Shown: one piece after another, positions 36,974 through 47,559 of the stretch
Layout of the letters: every line of letters begins with the position of its first letter
How positions within the stretch are numbered: position 1 is the first letter of the stretch
Source: an uncultured delta proteobacterium
Lineage (GTDB): Bacteria; Desulfobacterota; Desulfobaccia; Desulfobaccales; 0-14-0-80-60-11
Length of the DNA stretch: 64,000 nt
Assembly: GCA_963812015.1 (NCBI GenBank)
Contig: CAWETI010000003.1
Coordinates: forward strand, 1,120,001-1,184,000
Direction: 5' to 3'
Translations under genes and position numbers: made by a program
Notes under the pieces: model-generated
What the model was told of the DNA's origin: nothing
The model's database searches: none
What the model saw: the letters and a program-made list of their open reading frames with translations, nothing else

Positions 36974-38440
36974 ATGAAAATGCAAACTTCCGGACGTATT
37001 CTGCTCCACGGCCTGTTCCGCCGGTGGCAGCTAATCGTCTATCTCAACCTGGCTATCCTGGGGACTATCCTGGTGGGCAGCTGGCTATGGCCTCCCAGCT
37101 ATCAGGCTTCCAGCAGTATCGTCATTTTGGGGCGAGCCTATAGTGATCTGTTAACCCCGGCCAAAGGCGCCGGCCCCACCACCTTGATCATGAATCCCAA
37201 AGAGGAAATCAACTCGGAGATCGAAATCATCCGCAGCCGTCCCGTCCTGGAACGTGTGGTTCGGGATCTCCATCTCGATCAACCCCGGAAAATCCCGGAG
37301 GAGGGGGTCGCCGGGGCCCTGCGGAACGCTACCCGGGCCACCTTTAGGGGCTGTCGTTGGGTTTTGACCACAATCGGCGTGCTCCGGAAGTATACACCCA
37401 GCCAGCGCTTCGAGGCCGCGGTGGACCGGTTGCGCAAACGTCTGATCGTCGAGCCCGCCATCGACTCCCAGATCATCTGGATCAGGTATAAGGACCCTGA
37501 CCCGGCAATGGTCGCCAAGGTGGTGAATCGGGTCGCCGAAGAGTATCAGAAGCAGCATCTGGCCATCAATATCAACCGGGCCGAGAGTTCCTTCTACGGG
37601 GAACAGATCGAAAAGGTGCAGAGTGATCTGAGGGGACTCCAGGAGCAGCTTTTGCAGCTTAAGGAAAAGGGCGGCATTGTGTCGTTTGCCGAGCAGAGCC
37701 GAGCCATGCTGAAGAAGTTGGAGACCCTGGATAATTCCAAGACCAATGTCCAGAAGGAGATCATCCGCATCCGGTCTAAAGTGGAAAAGATTGAGGACCT
37801 GCGGCGGGCCAAGCCCAACCTGCTCATCCCCCTGCCGGAACTGGCCCAGGACCCGCAAGTCTCTGACCTGGAAAACAAGTTGGTAAATCTCGACTTCCAG
37901 GTCCAAACCGTGTTGCAGCGCTATACCGCTGAGAGCCGCCAGTACCAGACCATCAGGGAACAGATCGGCCACCTGCATCAACAGATCCGTAAACAGGTGA
38001 GCATTCTGCTGGAACGCGAACTGGGGAAACTCCGGGAACTCCAGGCCGAGGAACAGGCCATCGATCAGACCATGCAAGATATGAAAGCTGAGCTGGAGCA
38101 ACTCCCTGCAGCCGAGATGCACCTGGGCAATCTGGAACAGGATATCGACACCAAGCAGGCGATCTTGGCCGTGATGCTCAGGAAATACCAGGACAGCCTG
38201 CTGGCCCAGAATACCGACCAGCGCCTGGAAAATGCCAAGATCCTCAGTCTGGCGGCGGTGCCGCTGAGACCGGCATTTCCCATTCTCTGGCTCAACCTGG
38301 TCCTGGGCCTGGTGTTCTCTCTGGTGGTAAGTTTAAGTCTCGCCTTCTTCCTGGAATATTGGGACGATTCCCTCAAGATCCCGGAAGATGTGGAGCGCTA
38401 TCTGGGCCGCTCGGTCTTCGCCTCTATCCCGGAACTCTAA
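36974..38440 (+). CDS. Polysaccharide chain-length determinant / co-polymerase (GumC/Wzc N-terminal type)
   Basis: Two TM helices, YQASS, EIEIIRSRPV, long coiled coil, EYWDDSL...VERYLG..V.ASIPE. Confidence 0.88.
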   Translation: MKMQTSGRILLHGLFRRWQLIVYLNLAILGTILVGSWLWPPSYQASSSIVILGRAYSDLLTPAKGAGPTTLIMNPKEEINSEIEIIRSRPVLERVVRDLHLDQPRKIPEEGVAGALRNATRATFRGCRWVLTTIGVLRKYTPSQRFEAAVDRLRKRLIVEPAIDSQIIWIRYKDPDPAMVAKVVNRVAEEYQKQHLAININRAESSFYGEQIEKVQSDLRGLQEQLLQLKEKGGIVSFAEQSRAMLKKLETLDNSKTNVQKEIIRIRSKVEKIEDLRRAKPNLLIPLPELAQDPQVSDLENKLVNLDFQVQTVLQRYTAESRQYQTIREQIGHLHQQIRKQVSILLERELGKLRELQAEEQAIDQTMQDMKAELEQLPAAEMHLGNLEQDIDTKQAILAVMLRKYQDSLLAQNTDQRLENAKILSLAAVPLRPAFPILWLNLVLGLVFSLVVSLSLAFFLEYWDDSLKIPEDVERYLGRSVFASIPEL

Positions 38441-38441
38441 G

Positions 38442-39914
38442 ATGAACACGACCTGGACGGGAAGAAAACCCTGGCACCACGACCTCAGCCGCTGGTGGCT
38501 TCTGTTTGGGGTGCTCGTTGGGGTTCTCTTCCTGTTGGGGATGCAACTCAAGCTGAAATGGTTCGCCTTTCTCTTCCTGGGCTCCATGGTTCTTATGGCG
38601 TCTCTGGCGGCGCCAAACAAAAAGGACTACTGTCTGGCCCTCTTTGTCCTGGCCCTGCCGGTCTGGATCGGTAAGCACTTCGATTATCATCCATCTCCCT
38701 ACGGAATCTCCACCTTCGGGTTTCCCATCCATCTCAGTCTCCTGCCCCTCACGGCCCTCTATGTGATCTGGGCCGTGGGTCGGGTGGTGCCCCAGGAGCC
38801 CGCCCCCCTGTATACCCGGGGATTGTTGCCCTTGGCCGGGGTTTTCGGGGCGGCGGCCGTTTCGGCCCTCATGGCCCAGGATAAGCTCTTTGCGGCCTTC
38901 GACCTCTTTGCCCTGTCCACCTCCATGCTGATTTATATCTATGTCGCCAGCGAAATCCGGCAACGGCGCGAATTACACCTGGTTCTGACGCTCTTGATTT
39001 TTTCCGCCGCCCTCCAGGGAGGAATCGCCCTGGCCCAGTATCTCACCGGCTCCAGCCTGGGGCTCGATTTTGCTGGCGTTGGCAGGACATTATACGGTTT
39101 TGCAGGCCTGGAAGTGGTCTCCCGGGTGGGAGGACTCATCGGCCACCCTAACAACCTGGCCTTGTTCTTCGATCTGATGCTTCCTTTAAGTTTGAGCCTC
39201 CTGTTCTGCCCCTGGCGCGGACACACCAGGTTCTTCCTGGCCGTGGCCGTATTCCTCCAGGTGGTGGGACTGGGGGTGACGTTTTCACGGGGCGGCATCA
39301 TCGCCTCGAGCCTGGCCCTCATCTCCCTGGCGGTCTTCCATGGGGCCCGGCGCTTCGGCCTGGTGCGCGCCTTGTTTCTCACGCTGGTAGGGGCGTTGCT
39401 TATAACGGTGTTCCTAGCGATAGTGCCCAATCCCTTTGAGAAAGGTTTGACCCGCACTGAACAGACCGCCCATGGGCGGTGGCCGTTGGCCGAAATTGCC
39501 CTCAACATGATTCAGCACCATCCCCTGTTCGGAGTGGGGTTAAACAACTTCACTCATGCTTCCCGCAGGTATGATTTCACCCAGGAACAGATCGTTTCCG
39601 CCTGGAACGCCCCGGTTCACAACCTCTTTTTGTTTATGGCCGGCGAGATCGGCCTGGTGGGTCTGATCTGTTTCCTGGTCTTCCTCGCAAAAGTGATGGC
39701 TGGTCTGATTCCCGCCATGCGCTCCCCTGATCCGTTTATCCTCAGCGTGGGGGCGGGCCTCTTTTTCGGTCTGATGGCTTTTCTCATCCATGCCCAAGTG
39801 GATTACAGTATATGGACCCAAAACCGCCCATTATGGTTCTTGCTGGGTCTGGCCATGTGCGTGGGGCGTTTTGCCAGGACGGCGCCGCCGACTTCGCCTC
39901 AAGGGTTTCGGTAA
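38442..39914 (+). CDS. O-antigen ligase / Wzy-like polymerase
   Basis: Multi-TM; RVGG.IGHPN, TFSRGG, HPLFGVGLNNF, VHNLFL..GEIG. Confidence 0.85.
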   Translation: MNTTWTGRKPWHHDLSRWWLLFGVLVGVLFLLGMQLKLKWFAFLFLGSMVLMASLAAPNKKDYCLALFVLALPVWIGKHFDYHPSPYGISTFGFPIHLSLLPLTALYVIWAVGRVVPQEPAPLYTRGLLPLAGVFGAAAVSALMAQDKLFAAFDLFALSTSMLIYIYVASEIRQRRELHLVLTLLIFSAALQGGIALAQYLTGSSLGLDFAGVGRTLYGFAGLEVVSRVGGLIGHPNNLALFFDLMLPLSLSLLFCPWRGHTRFFLAVAVFLQVVGLGVTFSRGGIIASSLALISLAVFHGARRFGLVRALFLTLVGALLITVFLAIVPNPFEKGLTRTEQTAHGRWPLAEIALNMIQHHPLFGVGLNNFTHASRRYDFTQEQIVSAWNAPVHNLFLFMAGEIGLVGLICFLVFLAKVMAGLIPAMRSPDPFILSVGAGLFFGLMAFLIHAQVDYSIWTQNRPLWFLLGLAMCVGRFARTAPPTSPQGFR

Positions 39915-40028
39915 GGCCCTCGATGTCAGGCTGGGAATGCCATGAACCGGTATCATCCCCTCTCGCCAACCATCAGCATCGCCAGGTCAGCAGCCGGCGA
40001 GGCGCTGAGGTTTGAAAATGAGCCCATC

Positions 40029-41477
40029 ATGACCACTCCGAGGTTCGTCCGTAACAGTGCCCTGCTGGTCACGGTCGAGATCATGAGCAAAGCTCTCGGG
40101 GTGATTTTCTTTGCCGTGATCGCCCGCTTTTTGGGAGCCGGGGAGGTAGGGCTTTACGCCTTTGCCCTGGCCGTAGCCAATTTTGTCATGATCCCTGCCA
40201 AGTTTGGCTTCGAAAATCTGGTCCAGAGGCAGGTGGGGCGCGAGCCTGCCTGGACCCGCCGCTATCTCAGAGACCTCAGCGTCGTCAAGGGGCTCATCTC
40301 CCTGGGAGTTCTGGGTCTCTACGGCATCGTCTTAGTAGTTGCCGGCCGCAAAGACCTTTCGGTTCTGCTGCTGGCGGCCGGGTTCACCTTGATGTTCTCC
40401 TTCATGGAATTTCTGAACGCTTTCTTCCGGGCCAATCAAAGACCGGAATTCGAACTGGCGGTGCGCCTCCTGTTCTCGGTGAGCAACCTCTTGCTGGGGC
40501 TCCTGGTGCTCTATGTTGGTTGGCGTTTGCCGGGGGTGTTGTTGGTCCAGCTGCTTAATGTGACGGTGGCGGGGATACTGGGAGCCGTCATCCTGGTCCG
40601 TATTGCCCCCCCGGGGAGTTTTTGCCGGAGTTGGCGAGATCTTTGGGGTTACGTGAGCGCGGCCACGCCCTTTGCCGGCATCCTGATGTCTCTCTATTTC
40701 AGTAATCAAATCGGGATCATCATCCTGAAGCTGTTCACGCCGACCACGGAAGTGGGATATTTTGCCGCAGCTTTGAGGCTCTTTGATAACCTGACCTTGA
40801 TCCCCGCGGCCATCATGGGAGCCTTCCTGCCCATTATGAGCCAGCTTTTTGTCAAGTCGGTGGGGGGCTTCGTGCGCACCCTGCGCTTCACCTTGAAATA
40901 CCTGTTCATCCTGTCGGTTCCCCTGGCGGTCATCCTGGCAGTTCTGGCCCGCCCCATCGTGGGGTTTCTCTATGGCATATCTTTCCTGCCCTCGGCTCCA
41001 GCGCTGCAGATTCTCTCTCTGCCCCTCTTATTCAGCTTCTGGAACTATGCCTGTACCAATGTGCTCATTGCCCGGAACGAGGAGCGGTCTCTGCTGTGGC
41101 TGACCTGGCTCACTGCCGGTATCCACATCACCGCCAATTTTCTCTTGATTGCGGCATTCTCCTACCTCGGCGCCTGCTGGGCCATCCTGACCACCCAAGG
41201 AATCTTTGGATTTATCCTCTATGGTTTGCAAATACGGCGATACCTCCGGGTCGGTATCTTGATGAAACTCATGGCCGCCCCCGTTCTCTGCGGGGCCATC
41301 ATGGGATTGACGGTTTTTCTGCTGAGGGACTGGAATTTATTACTAGCCGTTGCCATCGGGATGCTGGTCTATGGCGGCGGGGTGCTGGCTTTGGGAGCCG
41401 TGAGCCGGGAAGAGATGGATCGCTTACATACTATAGTGGCCAGCGGTCCACCTGAAATTCCCGAGGTCACCGGATAG
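40029..41477 (+). CDS. Wzx-type polysaccharide flippase
   Basis: RNS...IARFLGA..GLY, VGYFAAA, many TM helices; ORF is open from 39942. Confidence 0.88.
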   Translation: MTTPRFVRNSALLVTVEIMSKALGVIFFAVIARFLGAGEVGLYAFALAVANFVMIPAKFGFENLVQRQVGREPAWTRRYLRDLSVVKGLISLGVLGLYGIVLVVAGRKDLSVLLLAAGFTLMFSFMEFLNAFFRANQRPEFELAVRLLFSVSNLLLGLLVLYVGWRLPGVLLVQLLNVTVAGILGAVILVRIAPPGSFCRSWRDLWGYVSAATPFAGILMSLYFSNQIGIIILKLFTPTTEVGYFAAALRLFDNLTLIPAAIMGAFLPIMSQLFVKSVGGFVRTLRFTLKYLFILSVPLAVILAVLARPIVGFLYGISFLPSAPALQILSLPLLFSFWNYACTNVLIARNEERSLLWLTWLTAGIHITANFLLIAAFSYLGACWAILTTQGIFGFILYGLQIRRYLRVGILMKLMAAPVLCGAIMGLTVFLLRDWNLLLAVAIGMLVYGGGVLALGAVSREEMDRLHTIVASGPPEIPEVTG

Positions 41478-41728
41478 CGGTTTTTTTAAAGCTCTGATCA
41501 GGACGATTCCTGATCCAAGGACAGGTGATGGTGAGTTTAAAGCCGCTTTCTCCAGAAAGGGGTGTAGAGATCCGGCACATCTGCCTGATGAGTCATGATG
41601 GGAAAGGTATCGGGTTGCTCCTGGTCGGCCTGGATTCCGGGAGTAAAGCGAGTAAAAATGAGCTCGCGCCATAATCATCGCGGCGCTGGGAAGGACAGTG
41701 CCGCGTCTTACGGGTAAAGGATGGTGCC

Positions 41729-42397
41729 ATGAGGACCTTAAAAAAAGAATTCCTGATAGCTGTTTTAACCATGATTTTCTTGGGGATGCTGAGTGCACTA
41801 CCTGTGGCCGGAGACAAAAAGGCCCGGAAACCATCTCAGGAACCGAAAAACTTTGACCTGTATATCATCCAGGGTCCCAAGACCCTTCACCTGCAGCAGG
41901 GTGACCTCACCTTTAAAACCGCCCTCTTTCTGGGGTCCGACAAATCAGGGCTCTATGGAATTCCCAGTCCACCCCAAAACCGGCTGGATATCAAGCCCAT
42001 TGAAATAATGGTATTTGATCCCGACACCGCCGGCGCGACCATGCGGCTGTCTAAACTGGCGCACATCGAAACGGCTCCGGCCCACTCCTTTGATCTCAAG
42101 GCAGTCAAGGTCGGGCCCGCCAATTTCGATAAAGTCTATCGAGTAAAATATGATGATTTATTGCCCATAAACTTATGGTGTGTCGACAGGAATATCCCGT
42201 TGCGGCTAACCCCGGTGGTCAAAAAACCGGGGTGGTATCGCGCCGTGCCGGAACAAGAGCTGGAAGCTGGGGTGTATGCGATCAATTTTGGCTACGCCGA
42301 TGGTCCACGGCTGTATACCGGAGACCTGGTGTTCTATCCTTTCGTCCTTGACAGTAGGCCCGAGCTCAACCCTGCCGACTGCATCCCGGAGCGCTGA
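41729..42397 (+). CDS. Hypothetical exported protein
   Basis: AAGGA RBS, signal peptide, 222 aa. Confidence 0.65.
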   Translation: MRTLKKEFLIAVLTMIFLGMLSALPVAGDKKARKPSQEPKNFDLYIIQGPKTLHLQQGDLTFKTALFLGSDKSGLYGIPSPPQNRLDIKPIEIMVFDPDTAGATMRLSKLAHIETAPAHSFDLKAVKVGPANFDKVYRVKYDDLLPINLWCVDRNIPLRLTPVVKKPGWYRAVPEQELEAGVYAINFGYADGPRLYTGDLVFYPFVLDSRPELNPADCIPER

Positions 42398-42527
42398 GCC
42401 AATCGCGGTGGTGCTTCTCAGGATGTGTGGGTGGTGGCCGGCCCGCCACCTGGACACCCATATTCCCCCACCCCGGCCCCGCGTTCGGATGCTTTCGTGT
42501 GGCTTGGTCGGAAAAGCGATGCAGCAA

Positions 42528-43550
42528 TTATTTCCGGGGCGTTTTTCCAATGAAATTATTCAGAACTTGTTGACTTAACATTTCACCGATTTTCTGATGA
42601 ACCAGAGCTGAAGGGTGCCAATCATATTTACTGGCATGATACTCTTTGACGGTAAATAAAGGCGTTATGGTTGAAGTATCAAAATAGTTAATGCTATCAT
42701 TTATCAAATTATTTATTAGTCCGATATATTTGCTCCCGGGGCTCTCCCCCGAAGGCAAAGTCAAGACCAGGTAGCTATATCCATATTCTTGGGCTATACT
42801 TTTTACTTCCCTGATATATTTATAAGAACCAGCAACCTTTAGTGTAAGTTTTTCGTTAAGGGATTCATCATCTTTGTCGTGCTCCACAATAATTCTGGAC
42901 AAAGTATCACGGATCACATAACTCAAATGAATTTTTCTGAGGATGAGCTTAATGGTGGGAAACCTGTTGATAACTTGAGAAGCGCCAGTATGAGTGTTAT
43001 ACTCCCATTTGTCTACCTGGGGGGTGTGGTCCGGGTCGAAATCACCGATCATGATGCCCATGACCACCAGGTCGGGGTCGATTTCCGGCACCCGGTGCTT
43101 TACGGTGGCGGTCATTTCTTTGACACTATATGATGGAATCGCAAAATTGAATACCGCCACCCGGCAGTGATCTTGCAACTCATTCAAGGACTTTTCCACG
43201 ATTTCCGGATAGGTCGCGCCCGTGGGCACCCCCACTCCAAAAGTGACTGCATTACCCACAAAGGCAATACGATATTCATCCGCCGGCTTGTTGCCATAAG
43301 TTCTGGCCGAGACCGGACTGCGCAAGCCCAGGGCGTCGGTATGAATCCAGATGTTGCCCTGGGCCCGGACCTGCGTCAGGTTTGGTTGCATAACATACGG
43401 AATCTCCGGGATTTTTTTGTAAGGCATATAAATGGGGTCATAAAAATACATTCCGGCATATCCCCACCCTCGCACCAATATTTCCAAACAGACAAAAATT
43501 GCCAAAAGCAAATAAAAAGAATAGAAAAAGACGCTGATAAATTTTCGCAT
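42528..43550 (-). CDS. SGNH-hydrolase-like membrane-anchored protein (catalytic Ser apparently replaced)
   Basis: N-terminal TM, IAFVGNAVTFG in place of GDS, DWHPSA; low GC. Confidence 0.7.
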   Translation of the reverse strand: MRKFISVFFYSFYLLLAIFVCLEILVRGWGYAGMYFYDPIYMPYKKIPEIPYVMQPNLTQVRAQGNIWIHTDALGLRSPVSARTYGNKPADEYRIAFVGNAVTFGVGVPTGATYPEIVEKSLNELQDHCRVAVFNFAIPSYSVKEMTATVKHRVPEIDPDLVVMGIMIGDFDPDHTPQVDKWEYNTHTGASQVINRFPTIKLILRKIHLSYVIRDTLSRIIVEHDKDDESLNEKLTLKVAGSYKYIREVKSIAQEYGYSYLVLTLPSGESPGSKYIGLINNLINDSINYFDTSTITPLFTVKEYHASKYDWHPSALVHQKIGEMLSQQVLNNFIGKTPRK

Positions 43551-43618
43551 GGATTGATCCCTGGAATACCGTTAAAACTCTTCTCCCTTCGCCGTCAACG
43601 ACAACATTTCATATCCAC

Positions 43619-45588
43619 TTACGGTTGGGCCTGGAACTCCATTACCGTCAGGGAATGAGCCCCAAAGGTGTAGGAGAAACTGACCCCGGCGTCGGTGATT
43701 TGGCCGGGCCGCGGCGCCACCGTGGTGGAAAGATTTTCATTATGATCCCTGAGGCAATTGCCGGAAAGCGTCCACACCTGGGCGCCGGTTTGGGGAGTAA
43801 AGCCCTGGAACCGGATGGCAGTGGGAATCCCAGCCGTCAGTGACCGGTTGATCACCATAAGGGAGAGACGCCGTTGCCCCGGGGAACTGAAAGCCACCGC
43901 GTGCAGGAGGGGAACGGCAGAATGGGATTTTACATTGAAGACTCGGTCCACAGCAAAGGTGGGAGAACTGACGCGAGTTTCCACTATGGCAGGCTCCAGA
44001 TGATTCATGATCAGCGCCAGGGCATGGTAATGAGGGCGGATGGTTCTGGTTCCCGTCTTCCAGTTATAGCCTATGGCGGCAGTGGGATTGCTGCCATGGA
44101 GATTCCAGGCCGAGGCCAGGGTGATGCCCAGTTCGGAGCTGGCCTGGATGAGGCCCAGGAGGAGGTCGGCATCGTAGATAGCCCGGCCAAGATTGGCATA
44201 ATCCCGGCAATCTTGGGAAGCCGCCGGCCAGATGCCATACTCCGTGATGGCAATGCCGATGGGTTTTCCGGGCAAGGAGTCGGCCGCAATCACCTTCCTG
44301 ATTTACCGGAGATCGAGCATGGCCTGATGCGCTCCGGCCATCATCGCCATAAACCAGGGTTCACTGCGATAGAGGGCCCGGTCCTGGCCGCCGGCGGGGT
44401 AGTAGGGGTGAATGATGAGGAAATCCAGGTATTCTTTGGCATGCTTGACCACCGTGGGGTTCCAGGCATCCGTCGCATCAGCGTCGCCCCGGCCCTGGGG
44501 GGCCGTCAGGCCCACCGCGCCCACTTGAATCCGGGGATCGACGCCTTTCATCGCCTCGGCAAAAGCGACAAAGTCCCGGGCGTATTGTTGGGCGGCGGTG
44601 AAGCCGATTTCGTTCCGGTCATAGACCTCGTTGCCCACCTCCCAATAGGTCACGCCAAAGGGTTGGGGATATCCCAGGGCCGCCCGCTTCTGGGCCCAGA
44701 AGCCCACGGTCTGCCAATCATGGCCCTCGCCGTCCACCCCCAGGGGCCGGGGGTCATCGGGGTGGCCGTTGACAAAGGCAACCCAGGCGGCGGCCCGTTT
44801 GACTCTTTGGTCGAGGGAAACCCGGGTGGAGAGCTTGCCCGCCATCTCCAGGCCGGTGCTGTAATTCACGGTAAAAAGCGCTTTGGCCTTGAGGGAATGC
44901 ACCAATTTCAGATGCTCGATGGTGCCGTAATTGTTGGAGAACCATGGGGATTGCCCGATTCTCGCTTCCGGGCGCACCGGGGTGCCGGCAGGATGATGGC
45001 TTTGCACCCCGAAGACCCCTTCCAGACGGTTGCCATCCTGGCGGATAAAGTGAAACAGATCGCCGAACTGACCGTCGTGGGTGTCCACCAGCCGGGCTTG
45101 GGTCACGGTTTGCCAGTCGGGGACGCCTTCCAGGGAGATACTGGCGGAGTTGGGGCCCACCGGGGCCGTGGTCTTAAGGCCGATGCCGTCTTCCCAAAGG
45201 TAGAGGTCGGAGGTGCTGCCGCCGGGAAAGCGCACGATGGTGGGAGCGATGGATTTGATCAGGGGACTGGCGGCGGGATCAATAGCGTCGATCCTGGAGC
45301 TCCACAGGGCATTGCCGGCAAAGAGCAGGTTCTGCCCGAACAGCAGCGGGTTGACGGTATTGTTGGTGACCGCCCATTCACCACAATCCTGGCTTCCTCA
45401 GCCTGGGAACAAGCCGGGGTCCCGCTCGCCAGGATCAACGCGCCAAGGAGCAGCAAGCAACGGCAGACGCAATCAAACCGGCCCCGCCGCCGGGGGGAGA
45501 GGATGAAAGTTGGGTTTCCGGCCGTCGGCTTGGCCGCCCTCCCGGTCAACTCCGACCATTCCCTGGCAGCCTGGCGGAGAGGGGTCAC
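43619..45588 (-). pseudogene. Exported glycoside hydrolase (GH51/GH79-like, alpha-L-arabinofuranosidase C-terminal-like) disrupted by a frameshift and a stop
   Basis: VNPLLFGQN...RFPGG, YWEVGNE, IHPY, ITEYG; frameshift near 45372 and in-frame TAA at 44303-44305. Confidence 0.75.
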
Positions 45589-46778
45589 ACCCGTCCTCTT
45601 TGGCGGCTTTCCCAGGCCAGGTGCAGGACCTGAGCCAGGTGCGCCCCCTGGATCTCCCAGGTCCAGTGGTGGAGGATAGTCTGCCGGGCCCTGGCGCCCA
45701 GTCGGCGCCGCAATTCTTCATCGGCGATCAATTCCAGGAGCTTATTGAACATGGTCTGGTGATCTCCCGGCTCATACAGCATGCCATTGCAGCCGTCGCA
45801 GACGACTTCCTTGATCTGCCCCAGGGCCGGGAAGAGGACGGCTTTGCCGGCCGCCATATATTCCAGTAATTTCATGGAGGAGCCGTAGAAGAGGTAATCT
45901 TCTTTGTAAGGGCTGATGGCAATGTCTACGAGACTGAGGAGGCGGGGGACGAGATGGTGGGGCATGCTGCCGGTAAACCTGAAATGGGGGCCGAGGCCGG
46001 CAGATTCCGCCCCCCATCGGATGGCGTCGTCCACCCGGCCTTGGCCCACGAAGAGAAAGACCACCCGGTTATGAGCTGCGACGATGCCGGCGGTCAGGTT
46101 GAGAAAGCGCTCCACTTCGCTGAAAAATTCGAAAGAGCCGATGAAGCCGACCACCACCCGGTCATTGAGGCCCAAACTCGCCAAAAATTCCGGGTCAGGC
46201 TCCCGGGGCTTAAAGGCAAGGTGATCCACGCCGTTGGGCACGACATGGAGTTTGGCTGCCGGAACCTCATAGCGCATCAAGTAGCCTTTCAAAACCTCCG
46301 AGATGCAGGTTACCTGGTCGGCCCCCCGCACATTGATGCCCTCCAGCCCGCGGCTCAGCCAGGGGTAGCGGTAGTATTGGGGATAGAAGAGGCGATATTC
46401 ATACTCCAGCGGCGCCTCGGCGAACAGGACCAGGGGCAGGCGCCGGCGACGGGTGGCCGCCAAAGCCGAGAAGTTGGCAAAAGAGCTCACCGCCAGCACC
46501 ACGTCGGGGCGGAAACTATCCAGCAGCTTCAGTTCCTCCCGGATAAGGGCAAGATTACGCCAAATCAGACGGGGGACATGCCCGAAACGGCGCAACCACC
46601 GGACCTTTTTTAGGCCAAGGTAATTTCGGTGCTCTCCCGGCTGCTTGGCGGTGCGAAACTGCACATCCACCCGGTGGCCGAGCTGGGTCAGCGCCGCGGC
46701 GATGGCCCGAATCTGGGTGGCTGCGCCGATGGCCGAACCTTCGAGGTCGTAATGGTAGTTAAAGTAGGAGACTTTCAT
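45585..46778 (-). CDS. Glycosyltransferase family 4
   Basis: VVPNGVD, GFIGS, SSMKLLEYMAAGK. Confidence 0.9.
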   Translation of the reverse strand: MKVSYFNYHYDLEGSAIGAATQIRAIAAALTQLGHRVDVQFRTAKQPGEHRNYLGLKKVRWLRRFGHVPRLIWRNLALIREELKLLDSFRPDVVLAVSSFANFSALAATRRRRLPLVLFAEAPLEYEYRLFYPQYYRYPWLSRGLEGINVRGADQVTCISEVLKGYLMRYEVPAAKLHVVPNGVDHLAFKPREPDPEFLASLGLNDRVVVGFIGSFEFFSEVERFLNLTAGIVAAHNRVVFLFVGQGRVDDAIRWGAESAGLGPHFRFTGSMPHHLVPRLLSLVDIAISPYKEDYLFYGSSMKLLEYMAAGKAVLFPALGQIKEVVCDGCNGMLYEPGDHQTMFNKLLELIADEELRRRLGARARQTILHHWTWEIQGAHLAQVLHLAWESRQRGRV

Positions 46779-47557
46779 CAGCCGGTCGATGGTTCCCGCT
46801 GGGATTGGGGTCGGCGCGTTCGCCCCCAGAGGCACTGGGCCAGGACCCGCAAGCCAAAGAGGGGCAGACCCACCAGGTAGCGCCGCCAGGTGCCGGGCTC
46901 CTGCCACAGGCGATACAGCCACTCAAACCCTTTCTGTCGCCAGCGGGGGGAAAGACGCGCCAGTTCGCCGCTGATGATTTTGAACATGCCGCCGCAGGTC
47001 AGGACCAGGTTCACCTCCAACCGGTGCCGGCAGGTGGAGGCCCAGAGGACCTGACGGGGGTCTCCCATCCCCACCCAGAGAATGTCAGGGCGGGTGGCGT
47101 TGATCTCGGCAATCAGATGCTCATCCTGAAAATCAAAGTATCCATGATGAGTGCCGACCACGTTTAAACCATGATATTGGCGCTGGGCCTGACTGGCGGC
47201 CCGTTCCGCCAGGCCGGGCTCCCCACCCAGGAGGAAGAACCGATACCCCCGGGCCACGGCCGCCTCGCACAATCGGGGCCAGATGTCGGTGGTAGTCAGC
47301 TTTTCCGGCAGATGGCCTCCCAGAAACCGGGAGGCCAGGACCAGGGAGGCGCCGTCGGCGTACAACAGGTCGGCCTGGCGCAAGGCTTTGAGAAACTCGG
47401 GGTAATGGTAACTGAGGTTGATGACATGGGCATTGACGCCATACGCCACCGCGCAGCCCGGGGCTGCGATCAATGCCTCGATCCGGGCCAGCAAGGTGTC
47501 CATGGTGTAGATGCCCACGGGCACTCCGGTGATATTGATGGTTTCTTCGGCCTTCAC
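46778..47557 (-). CDS. WecB/TagA/CpsF-family glycosyltransferase
   Basis: YADG, FFLLGG, HHGYF, WVGMGDPRQ, EWLYRLWQEP..WRRY. Confidence 0.9.
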   Translation of the reverse strand: MKAEETINITGVPVGIYTMDTLLARIEALIAAPGCAVAYGVNAHVINLSYHYPEFLKALRQADLLYADGASLVLASRFLGGHLPEKLTTTDIWPRLCEAAVARGYRFFLLGGEPGLAERAASQAQRQYHGLNVVGTHHGYFDFQDEHLIAEINATRPDILWVGMGDPRQVLWASTCRHRLEVNLVLTCGGMFKIISGELARLSPRWRQKGFEWLYRLWQEPGTWRRYLVGLPLFGLRVLAQCLWGRTRRPQSQREPSTG

Positions 47558-47559
47558 GC

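Noticed and set aside
43874..45679. 601-aa plus-strand ORF, and similar long antisense ORFs (33673-35004, 50113-51366, 54071-55276, 59032-60306)
   Set aside because: Shadow ORFs opposite well-supported genes in GC-rich DNA, with no recognisable motifs.
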